Assembly (NCBI GenBank): GCA_041478735.1
Contig: JBGOWS010000003.1
Span: 1 to 35,105 of the forward strand
DNA length: 35,105 nt
Source: Thermodesulfovibrionia bacterium
Lineage (GTDB): Bacteria > Nitrospirota > Thermodesulfovibrionia > Thermodesulfovibrionales > SM23-35
Direction: 5' to 3'
Shown: piece after piece, positions 27,524-35,105 of the stretch
Position numbering within the stretch: the stretch's first letter is position 1
Layout: each line of letters begins with the position of its first letter
Made by a program: the position numbers and the translations under genes
The notes under the pieces: generated by a model
What the model saw: the letters and a program-made list of their open reading frames with translations, nothing else
Databases searched by the model: none
What the model was told of the DNA's origin: nothing

Positions 27524-29791
27524 TTATAGGTAAGATACCCTGTCTTTTCTATCCTTAGGTTTCTTCTGTCCGACATCCTCTTCCTTAACCATCACCCTTA
27601 AAGAATTTATTTTATCAGAAACAGAACGAAATTTTGAATTCCACCCATAAACTTCTGTATATAAAGCAAGCGCTTTTTTTGAATTGCCGTTCTTTTCGTA
27701 CGCCTCAGCAAGATCGTATTTCATTGCCCAGTAGGATTCGTCCGTGTCTTCCATCTTGTCAATAGCATTCTTTAGAACATCTATAGCGAGAGGATAAAGG
27801 CCCTTTTCCATATAACATATACCAAGCATATTAGAAGAAGGGATAAACCGCTTTGGATTATCACGCGATATCTGGAATTCTCTTATCGCGTCATCCGTAA
27901 GTCCCAACTCCTTATATGCTCTCCCAAGATTGTAATGTGTTTCGTAATCCTCTTTTCCAAGCTTTTCTTCAAGTCCTTTTTTAAATTCGTTAAATATGTC
28001 CATGACATCGCTCTCAAGAGCAGGTTCAGTTATTTCCTCAGCTTCGAGAATCTCACCTTCGGTAACAACAGGTTCTTTCTGCTTTTCCTCAACGTGTTCT
28101 ATTTTTTCTTCGCTTTCTTTTATCTGGCCCAGCGAGGACAGTTTTACACTTATCTCTTCATTTTCGGGAAATAGATTATGCAGCCTTTCTAAAATCTCCC
28201 GGGCCTCGTCAATTAGCCCCTGCCTGGAATAGAAATCAGCCTCTGCAATCTCCTCACCGTAATCTTTTATAGCAGGGCCTTCAGGGGGTGCAACGGCAAA
28301 TTCCTCCTCCTTAAGCAAACTAACGAACCTCGGGTCCTCAGGATATATTTCATGTGCCTCTTTAATGATCTGCTCACTCTTTGCAATATCACCAGCCTTC
28401 TCATAGAAACCATTCAGGATGAGGCATTCTGTAATCGCCTGCTCTTTGTCACCTGTATTAACATATAGGGACTTCAGCCTTAAATGGAGATTTATGTTTT
28501 CGGGTTCGCTCTGTTTGAATGGTTCGAGGAGATTCCTCACATTATCATAAAGACCATACCGGAGGTATATATCTGCCTCTACAATTGCTCCGTCAACCGC
28601 CTTTTCACCCTTTAGCGAAATATATTCCGCGCTAACCTCCTTCTCAAGTTCAACAACTTTAGCCTTAAGCGAAGCATCATCTGGAGTTATCTCGAGTGCC
28701 TCCCTATAGCAGTTAAGCGCTTCTTTTTGCATACCCTTTGCAATAAATACATCTCCAAGAGAAACAAGCTCATTAGCTACCTGAACCTGCTCCCCAAGTT
28801 GCCTGTGCAGCGATACAAGCCTCTTTCCAGTCTCCAGGGGGTCCATATCCTTGAAAGATTCGAGAAGTTTAATGGCATCATCATACTTTTCATCGAGTAT
28901 CATTTCATCGAGGACAGGGAGGTACTCTGTCCAAGCTTTCTCTCTGTCACCTTCCTTTAAATACATATCTCCAAGGAGTCTTCTCGCCTTAATATTAGCT
29001 GGTTCTACCTCTATGACCTTCCTGAGACTGTCCCCTGCTTCATCAAATCTCTTGGCCCTTATATAAATCTCTGCACTCTTGAGATGGATATCTGTGTCTT
29101 CCGGGAATAGGTTAGCAGCCTCTTTCACCTGTTCAAGGGCCCGCTCAGGATTGCCGCTTCTCTCGTATAGGTAGCTGATCCCGAGTATTGCTTCCTTGTT
29201 TAAAGGCTGAACGTCAAGGACCTTCTGGTAATACCCCATAGAATTTTCTATGTCTCCCTTATCAAAGTAAAGCATCGCTACCTGGAAGTATTGTTTTGCT
29301 GCCTCTGACATGAGGCCTTCTTTAGAATATATTTCTGCAACCTTATTCCTGAGAGGTATATTGGCCGGAGAAAGAGTAAGTATCTTGTCGTATATTTCAA
29401 GAAGTTTTTCTTTTTTGCCTTCCTTTGAAAGAGTATCAGCTGTTGTAAGATAATATTTTATGGCATCCGTAATAAGACCCTTCTCCTCATTTAGTTCGCC
29501 GAGGGAAAAAAGGGCTTCAGATTCTGTAGGATTTATATTTAAAATCTTTTTATAAAGTGCTAATGCCTTGAGAGAAAATCCTTTGTGTCTGAAAAAATTT
29601 GCAGCCTTATGAAACGAATCTATTGCATTTGTTTTATCACCTTTTTTGAGATACATATCCCCGATAGTATTATAGGTAGTACCGTCAGGATACTCCTTTA
29701 CCAATTTCTCCCACTCGGCAATGGCTTTATCTATCTGACCCCGGGCGAGATACTTCTGAGCTTCTTTTATTATGGCTGATTTATCTGACAT
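27524..29791 (-). CDS. Large TPR protein, SgmX-like
   Basis: Many TPRs, EAD.Y..YG/QGL repeats, C-terminal DYETHYNLG.AYKELGL.DDAI.EF. Immediately upstream of ExeA. Probable ATG at 29791. Confidence 0.75.
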   Translation of the reverse strand: MSDKSAIIKEAQKYLARGQIDKAIAEWEKLVKEYPDGTTYNTIGDMYLKKGDKTNAIDSFHKAANFFRHKGFSLKALALYKKILNINPTESEALFSLGELNEEKGLITDAIKYYLTTADTLSKEGKKEKLLEIYDKILTLSPANIPLRNKVAEIYSKEGLMSEAAKQYFQVAMLYFDKGDIENSMGYYQKVLDVQPLNKEAILGISYLYERSGNPERALEQVKEAANLFPEDTDIHLKSAEIYIRAKRFDEAGDSLRKVIEVEPANIKARRLLGDMYLKEGDREKAWTEYLPVLDEMILDEKYDDAIKLLESFKDMDPLETGKRLVSLHRQLGEQVQVANELVSLGDVFIAKGMQKEALNCYREALEITPDDASLKAKVVELEKEVSAEYISLKGEKAVDGAIVEADIYLRYGLYDNVRNLLEPFKQSEPENINLHLRLKSLYVNTGDKEQAITECLILNGFYEKAGDIAKSEQIIKEAHEIYPEDPRFVSLLKEEEFAVAPPEGPAIKDYGEEIAEADFYSRQGLIDEAREILERLHNLFPENEEISVKLSSLGQIKESEEKIEHVEEKQKEPVVTEGEILEAEEITEPALESDVMDIFNEFKKGLEEKLGKEDYETHYNLGRAYKELGLTDDAIREFQISRDNPKRFIPSSNMLGICYMEKGLYPLAIDVLKNAIDKMEDTDESYWAMKYDLAEAYEKNGNSKKALALYTEVYGWNSKFRSVSDKINSLRVMVKEEDVGQKKPKDRKDRVSYL

Positions 29792-29805
29792 TTTATGTAC
29801 TATTG

Positions 29806-29834
29806 AAGGTATCACAATTGGCCAAAGCTGTCAA
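29806..29834 (-). promoter_or_regulatory. Putative sigma70 promoter for TPR-ExeA
   Basis: TTGACA-17 bp-TACCTT with an extended -10 TG. Confidence 0.5.
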
Positions 29835-29865
29835 TAATAGGCAATCCGGATGATGTTACGATTGT

Positions 29866-29995
29866 TTCAGATCGTCCTATTAAAAAAATGCAGATCGCCG
29901 GCATCAACAACTATGATGAAGCAAATCAGTTCCTCATTGAGAAGTTTTTTCCCTGGTATAACAACAACTATATCCATAAGGCTGAAAGTGCGGCC
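29866..29995 (+). pseudogene. Transposase/integrase-core remnant (ISNCY/IS481-like)
   Basis: A frame absent from the track reads DRPIKKMQIAGINNYDEANQFLIEKFF(P), shifting to WYNNNY. Resembles the QDRL.KE.RLAGI....AN.FL...P.YN segment of these transposases. Confidence 0.6.
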
Positions 29996-30083
29996 ATATC
30001 AGGATAACCCTATTTATGTTTCTTGTACACTTTAGTGACTGTTATTATGTAAAAATTTAATTTTGTTTCTTAAAAGAAAATTA

Positions 30084-30161
30084 TGGCGGGGTGGACGGGA
30101 ATTGAACCCGCGACCTCTGGCTTGACAGGCCAGCGTTCTAACCGAGCTGAACTACCACCCC
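30084..30161 (-). tRNA. tRNA-Asp(GTC)
   Basis: GGGGTGG...CTGGC-CTGTCAA-GCCAG...GGTTCAATTCC...CCACCCCGCCA cloverleaf with encoded CCA. Confidence 0.97.
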
Positions 30162-30167
30162 AGTAAA

Positions 30168-30304
30168 AATTTGCACGGCAAATTTTTAAGTTCCGGGTTA
30201 AAAGTTTAAAGTTGAAAGTGAGAAGTGGAAAGCGAATGTGTGTTTTTTTTAACTCATAACTCTTAACTTTTAACTCCTAACTCCGTTTTTGCCTCTGGCA
30301 AAAA
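30168..30304. repeat. Heptamer-periodic palindrome in the tRNA spacer, bracketed by small TTTGC/GCAAA hairpins
   Basis: AAAGTTT AAAGTTG AAAGTGA GAAGTGG ... TAACTCA TAACTCT TAACTTT TAACTCC TAACTCC. Flanks AATTTGCACGGCAAATT and TTTTGCCTCTGGCAAAA. Confidence 0.7.
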
Positions 30305-30308
30305 TGGT

Positions 30309-30384
30309 TGGTAGGCGGAACAGGGCTTGAACCTGTGACATCAGCCTTGTAAGGGCTGCGCTCTCCCAACTGAGCTATCCGCCC
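30309..30384 (-). tRNA. tRNA-Val(TAC)
   Basis: GGGCGGA...CAGCC-CTTACAA-GGCTG...GGTTCAAGCC...TCCGCCTACCA. Confidence 0.97.
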
Positions 30385-30453
30385 GGAAATTAATTTTATA
30401 CTATATAAAATCCTGTTTTGTCAATCGCTTATAATTTTAAAACTCTTCAGCAA

Positions 30454-30768
30454 CTACTTTTTAATAGAAACCTTCCCATTATCAGGGTTGTAATCATATT
30501 TCGATAGATCTATTTTAGAGCCAAGCAAGTCTTTTATCTCATCCAGGCTTTGGGGATATTTATCATTCGCCGCATGATACGCTCCGATGGATTTTTTAAC
30601 CGCTTCAAGATTTGCTATTTCTCCGGCCTGCTGACCTCTTTTATATGAACCAATTAAGGCATCGCCGTATTCAGATACAGGATTTTTGGGCTTCTGATCG
30701 CATGCAGCCATAAAAAAGAAAACAAGAATTATTGAAAATAATAGTTGTCTTTTGCTCCTCTTTTTCAT
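30454..30768 (-). CDS. Small hypothetical lipoprotein
   Basis: MKKR...hydrophobic stretch...MAAC lipobox-like. C-terminal YPQSLDE...YDYNP..G resembles pseudopilin tails. Confidence 0.6.
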   Translation of the reverse strand: MKKRSKRQLLFSIILVFFFMAACDQKPKNPVSEYGDALIGSYKRGQQAGEIANLEAVKKSIGAYHAANDKYPQSLDEIKDLLGSKIDLSKYDYNPDNGKVSIKK

Positions 30769-30886
30769 CAATGATATTTTATATAAGGGTCTATGTCCTG
30801 TCAAATAGCTCACATTTTGTTCTCACTCAATTCCCTGCTGAAACATATTCTTTGAATAAAGTTCTTCAATTTAAGTAATATTATAA

Positions 30887-31765
30887 ATGCCCTACACATG
30901 GGTCTTTTTAGCGCTTATTTCAGCTTTTACACTCGCAACGAGTGATGCACTTACTAAAAAAGCGCTTGCTCACATTAATGAATACCTTGTGGCATGGTTC
31001 AGACTTCTTTTTTCTATACCTCTACTTTTGCTCCTCTGGATTTTTGTCCCTGTGCCAAAGCTTGATATTGAGTTTTATAAAGCCTTTGCACTTGCATTGC
31101 CTTTAGAGATAATAGCTATCATCCTTTACATAAAGGCACTCAGGATTTCTCCGCTCAGCCTGACCCTTCCGTTCCTTTCCCTCACGCCTGTATTTTTAAT
31201 CGTCGTCTCTTATTTGATAATAGGAGAGAAAGTATCTTTCCATGGCAGTGTCGGCATTATCTTTCTTGCTGCAGGAAGCTACGCGCTGAATCTACACAAA
31301 ATGCGAAGGGGCGTCTTTCAGCCTTTTAAAGCTATAACAAAAGAAAAGGGTTCGGTTCTTATGATAGGCGTTGCCCTGATTTACAGTATTACATCGTCTC
31401 TGGGCAAGATGGCGATAGAGCATTCTTCTCCGTTGTTTTTCGGTATTATATATTTTACAGTTGTAACCATTATTTTTGCCCCTATAGCTCTATGGATGGG
31501 GAGGTCTGAGTTGAAGAGTTTTATCTCGGGAAGACAATTTAAAGGTCTGTTACTTCCAGGCCTTTTTTATTCAGCAATGATAGCCTCCCATATGATCGCG
31601 ATAAGCCTTACAAAGGTTGCATACATGATATCCGTGAAAAGGACAAGTCTAATAATAGGAGTAGTTTATGGGTACTTTCTTTTCAAAGAGAAAAACATAA
31701 GAGAGAGGCTCTTAGGGGCTGCATTGATGTTTATTGGTTTTGTAATGATTGTGACAGCCTCGTGA
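30887..31765 (+). CDS. EamA/DMT family transporter
   Basis: About 10 TM helices in two repeats; P.LSLTPVF...IGEK and LFKEK motifs. Confidence 0.9.
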   Translation: MPYTWVFLALISAFTLATSDALTKKALAHINEYLVAWFRLLFSIPLLLLLWIFVPVPKLDIEFYKAFALALPLEIIAIILYIKALRISPLSLTLPFLSLTPVFLIVVSYLIIGEKVSFHGSVGIIFLAAGSYALNLHKMRRGVFQPFKAITKEKGSVLMIGVALIYSITSSLGKMAIEHSSPLFFGIIYFTVVTIIFAPIALWMGRSELKSFISGRQFKGLLLPGLFYSAMIASHMIAISLTKVAYMISVKRTSLIIGVVYGYFLFKEKNIRERLLGAALMFIGFVMIVTAS

Positions 31766-31857
31766 ATTTTAAATTTTTCTGATTTCTCTTGTTAACTCTT
31801 CATGCCATGTATAAAATAAACTGGAGGATTATCTGATTAAAGTGATAGAAGGAAATT

Positions 31858-33672
31858 ATGTCTGAGAAGAATCTCTCAACAAAGTGGATAATCAAGGCAC
31901 TCGGTCTTGTCTTTGGAGATATTGGCACGAGTCCAATATATACATTAACTGTAGTATTCCTGCTTCTTAAACACACAAATGATAATATCCTCGGCGTCCT
32001 GTCATTAATAGTCTGGACATTGGTAGTCCTTGTTACGATACAGTTTGCCTGGCTTGCTATGAGCTTAAGCATAAGGGGTGAGGGTGGTAAGATTGTGCTT
32101 AAAGAGATACTTCAGCCGCTTCTCCGCTCTAAAAAAAGTGTTGGCCTCATAACACTACTGGCTATTATAGGAGTTTCACTTCTCATTGGTGATGGTATAA
32201 TCACGCCTGCCATCAGTATACTGAGCGCAGTAGAGGGTTCTGTTCTGATACCGGGTCTTGAGGGCCTTCCCAGGACATCTATTGTCCTTATTGCCATGCT
32301 CATCGCGCTGTCACTTTTCGCTTTCCAGAAAAGGGGGACAGAAAAGGTAGCAGGTGCATTCGGACCTATTACGTGCGTGTGGTTTTTATCTCTTGCGTTG
32401 TCTGGAATAGTCGCAATCTCAGATGCGCCGGAAGTGCTCATGGCACTTAACCCTTACTACGGATTAAAATTTCTTTATAGAAACGGTCTGGCAGGGTTTA
32501 TTGTCCTCGGAGAGATAATACTTTGTGCCACAGGTGGGGAGGCATTATATGCGGATATGGGACATCTGGGTGGAAAACCCATAAGGCAGGCAGGGGCAGG
32601 GGTATTTGTTGCACTCATTATTAATTATTTAGGGCAAGGAGCATTTTTATTAAAGCATCCCGATGCAAAGAATATCCTGTTTGAGATGGTATTTCACTAT
32701 GCAAAAAACCTCTATGTACCGTTCCTCCTTTTAAGCATCGCTGCTACTATCATTGCTTCACAGGCCATGATAAGCGGGACATTCTCAATGGTTTACCAGG
32801 GGATAACCACAAGGCTAATGCCGATGTTCAAGGTGGATTACACCTCAATCGAAAGGAAATCGCAGATATACATAGGTTCAGTCAACTGGTTTCTGCTTGC
32901 TGCGGTCATTTTCATAATGATGGAATTCAAGGAGTCAAGCCGTCTTGCTGCTGCCTACGGCCTTGCAGTTACAGGGACAATGGTTCTAACTGGAATCTTC
33001 ATGACCTTGATTTTTTATCTTAAGAAAAAGAAGATACTCGCGATCGTTTCTATTTTTGTTACAGTTATCGATGCAGCTTATCTCACTGCCAATTTCTATA
33101 AAATACCCCACGGCGGCTACTGGTCACTGATATTAGCCTCAATCCCCCTTGTAATGATAATTCTTTATACAAAAGGGCAGAAGAAACTTTACCGGATGAT
33201 GGATTTTATGCCTTTAGATGAGTTTCTTAATAAGTTTACAAGAGTACACGCAACTACTGAAAAGCTTAAAGGTACGGCGCTGTTTCTTATAAGGGATACA
33301 AATGAGATCCCATTTTATATAACACAAACAATGTTCTTTCACGGCATTCTCTACGAAAACAATATCTTTGTTTCAATCATCAAGAGAGATGACCCTTTTG
33401 GTATCACAGGTTTCTTTAAAGAAGACCTTGCAGAAGGTCTCAGAGTCTTTGAGATACAGATGGGATACATGGAAGTGGTAGATGTAGAAGAAATCATGAG
33501 GGAAGCAAAGATAGAAGAGAGGGTTGTCTTCTACGGCCTTGAAGATATTACCACAAAAAATCCTGTCTGGAAGATCTTCTCTTTGATTAAGAGGCTAACA
33601 CCGACATTTATCCAGTTTTATAATTTCCCGGCCAAGAAGCTCCACGGTGTATTTACAAAGGTTTGGTTATAA
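31858..33672 (+). CDS. kup: KUP/HAK/KT potassium transporter
   Basis: LGLVFGDIGTSPIY, GEGG, GDGIITPAISILSAVEG, GEALYADMGH and AYGLAVTGTM motifs. Confidence 0.95.
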   Translation: MSEKNLSTKWIIKALGLVFGDIGTSPIYTLTVVFLLLKHTNDNILGVLSLIVWTLVVLVTIQFAWLAMSLSIRGEGGKIVLKEILQPLLRSKKSVGLITLLAIIGVSLLIGDGIITPAISILSAVEGSVLIPGLEGLPRTSIVLIAMLIALSLFAFQKRGTEKVAGAFGPITCVWFLSLALSGIVAISDAPEVLMALNPYYGLKFLYRNGLAGFIVLGEIILCATGGEALYADMGHLGGKPIRQAGAGVFVALIINYLGQGAFLLKHPDAKNILFEMVFHYAKNLYVPFLLLSIAATIIASQAMISGTFSMVYQGITTRLMPMFKVDYTSIERKSQIYIGSVNWFLLAAVIFIMMEFKESSRLAAAYGLAVTGTMVLTGIFMTLIFYLKKKKILAIVSIFVTVIDAAYLTANFYKIPHGGYWSLILASIPLVMIILYTKGQKKLYRMMDFMPLDEFLNKFTRVHATTEKLKGTALFLIRDTNEIPFYITQTMFFHGILYENNIFVSIIKRDDPFGITGFFKEDLAEGLRVFEIQMGYMEVVDVEEIMREAKIEERVVFYGLEDITTKNPVWKIFSLIKRLTPTFIQFYNFPAKKLHGVFTKVWL

Positions 33673-33687
33673 AAATACAAACAGGAC

Positions 33688-34980
33688 ATGAACGCTCTCG
33701 ATAAATTGAAAGAAGCAAGAAAGCTTCTTGGAACGTCTGGCATTGAAGATGCTGGCAGAGAGGCAGAGTTGACAATATCTTATTGTCTGGGGATAGACAG
33801 ATTGACTCTTTACAGAGACAATCCCTGGATTCCGAAGGATCTTATTTCAAGGATAGACGGATTACTGCAAAGAAGGACAAAAAGAGAGCCCCTGCAATAT
33901 ATACTTGGGCATATGGAATTCTATGGTTTAAAAATAAGGATAGGTTCAGGTGTCCTTATACCAAGGCCTGAGACAGAATTGTTAGTGGAAGAAGCCATAA
34001 AAATACTTAAAAGTAAGATGATTAATACCCATTTACCCCCCCATCCCCCCCTTGGTAAGGGGGGGCAAAGGGGGGGTAGTATCCTTGACCTCTGTACAGG
34101 CAGTGGTTGTTTGGCTCTTGCACTTGCCAGAGAATTTCCTGAGGCACAGGTCTATGGTACCGATACATCAGAGATCGCAATTAGATATGCAAAGGAAAAC
34201 GCAAAGTTAAACGGGATCAAAAATGTGTCTTTTATGAAAGGTTCATTGTTTTATCCGATAAAGAAAAATCTCAAATCTCAAATCTCAAATCTCAAATTTG
34301 ACTTGATCATCTCAAACCCTCCTTACATAAGAAGGGATGATATAAAAAGTCTGCAGCCCGAAATCAAAGACTGGGAGCCTTTAGAAGCGCTTGATGGTGG
34401 AGAAAACGGCCTTGATTATTATAGAGCTATAACCCCCGAGGCAAAAAACTACTTAAAAGAGGGTGGTTATCTTATGTTTGAACTCGGCAACAATCAGGCA
34501 GATGCAGTCAGAAAAATGGCTGAGGATACAGGCTTTATAAATATCTCCCTGATAAAAGACTATGCCGGGATTGAGAGGATACTGATAACAAAATTACAAA
34601 TCCCCTCTCGGGAGGGGAAGAAGGGGTGGGTTAATAGCCCGATGAAAAGAAAGAAAATCATTCCTTACAATCCGAATTTGAAAGAATTTGCAAGACAATT
34701 GCGGGAAAATAGCACACTTTCAGAAGTTTTACTATGGAAACATCTTAAAGGAAAACAAATGCTTAATTATGATTTTGATCGCCAAAAACCCATTGATGAT
34801 TATATTGTTGATTTCTTTTGCAATGAGTTGATGCTCGCAATAGAGATAGATGGTGATACACACAATTATAAATTTGAAGAGGATATAACAAGACAAAAAA
34901 GATTAGAAAATTTAGGAATCAGATTTTTACGATTTACTGATAGAGATGTTAAACAAAACATCGAGGTAATAGCTCAATAA
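33688..34980 (+). CDS. prmC: Release-factor glutamine methyltransferase fused in frame to a DUF559 (Vsr-like) endonuclease domain starting at ATG 34642
   Basis: EPLQYILG, VLIPRPETE, LDLCTGSG, SNPPY and KDYAGIER, then YNPNLKEFARQLR..T.SE.LLW..L...F.RQ.PI..YIVDF.C...AIEIDG..H. Confidence 0.88.
   Translation: MNALDKLKEARKLLGTSGIEDAGREAELTISYCLGIDRLTLYRDNPWIPKDLISRIDGLLQRRTKREPLQYILGHMEFYGLKIRIGSGVLIPRPETELLVEEAIKILKSKMINTHLPPHPPLGKGGQRGGSILDLCTGSGCLALALAREFPEAQVYGTDTSEIAIRYAKENAKLNGIKNVSFMKGSLFYPIKKNLKSQISNLKFDLIISNPPYIRRDDIKSLQPEIKDWEPLEALDGGENGLDYYRAITPEAKNYLKEGGYLMFELGNNQADAVRKMAEDTGFINISLIKDYAGIERILITKLQIPSREGKKGWVNSPMKRKKIIPYNPNLKEFARQLRENSTLSEVLLWKHLKGKQMLNYDFDRQKPIDDYIVDFFCNELMLAIEIDGDTHNYKFEEDITRQKRLENLGIRFLRFTDRDVKQNIEVIAQ
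34035..34077. repeat. C-run/G-run nested hairpin inserted in frame in prmC
   Basis: AC7-AT-C7TT-GGT-AAG7-CAAA-G7T, encoding PPHPPLGKGGQRGG. Confidence 0.75.
34266..34300 (+). repeat. Tandem heptamer (AAATCTC)x4 + AAATTTG inside prmC
   Basis: Read directly from the sequence; encodes NLKSQISNLKF just before DLIISNPPY. Confidence 0.85.
34601..34630. repeat. Palindrome at the prmC/DUF559 junction
   Basis: TCCCCTC-TCGG-GAGGGGA-AGAAGGGGTGGG. Confidence 0.7.
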
Positions 34981-35105
34981 ACAGGGGCAGTCATTTCCAT
35001 TATGAACTCGGGCATAATCTTTTTTATTGAAAGTCCACCTTTTTTCTTGCGTTCCGGTCCCTGATTCTCTATAATGTCATGTATGGAAATCGTTACGAGA
35101 TATCG
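34974..35105 (-). CDS. Possible 3' end of a convergent gene entering from the window edge
   Basis: One minus frame is open for 43 codons to TGA at 34974-34976; no recognisable motif. Confidence 0.3.
   Translation of the reverse strand, partial: RYLVTISIHDIIENQGPERKKKGGLSIKKIMPEFIMEMTAPVY

Noticed and set aside
29850-30035. 61-aa ORF from the track
   Set aside because: The transposase-like signal lies in other frames.
31766-31857. c-di-AMP riboswitch upstream of kup
   Set aside because: The intergenic region is only ~90 bp, AT-rich, and lacks the paired GC-rich elements.
1940-33971. Numerous short ORFs antisense to or nested in housekeeping genes
   Set aside because: They are shadow frames of well-supported genes with no recognisable motifs.

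Overview
Mostly housekeeping chromosome of a low-GC anaerobic bacterium. Gene content and order suggest Nitrospirota, Thermodesulfovibrio-like (inference, not verified). Core blocks: def-fmt-DUF116-PASTA-rpe-TPR-pgsA; thrS-infC-rpmI-rplT-pheS with no pheT following; porCDAB; yicC-remA-gmk-rpoZ-coaBC-TPR-roadblock-aroQ-pepQ-efp-accB-accC-radA; SgmX-like TPR plus ExeA ATPase; tRNA-Val/tRNA-Asp; EamA-kup-prmC. An accessory patch at about 9.6-12.6 kb holds an AT-rich MetF-like gene with attC-like flanks, a ParE-type toxin-antitoxin pair with a nonsense codon in the toxin, and a decaying mglBA operon. The most striking unexplained signal is a ~210-bp non-coding element in three copies (361-570, 3075-3263, 11255-11469). 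It has 14-bp terminal inverted repeats and folds by hand into a long rod, with covariation between copies and G-U pairs on the + strand, antisense to the host genes. Other findings include several small palindromic or heptamer repeat families, and a PrmC-DUF559 read-through fusion associated with C-run/G-run hairpins. All calls were made by eye; no searches were run.
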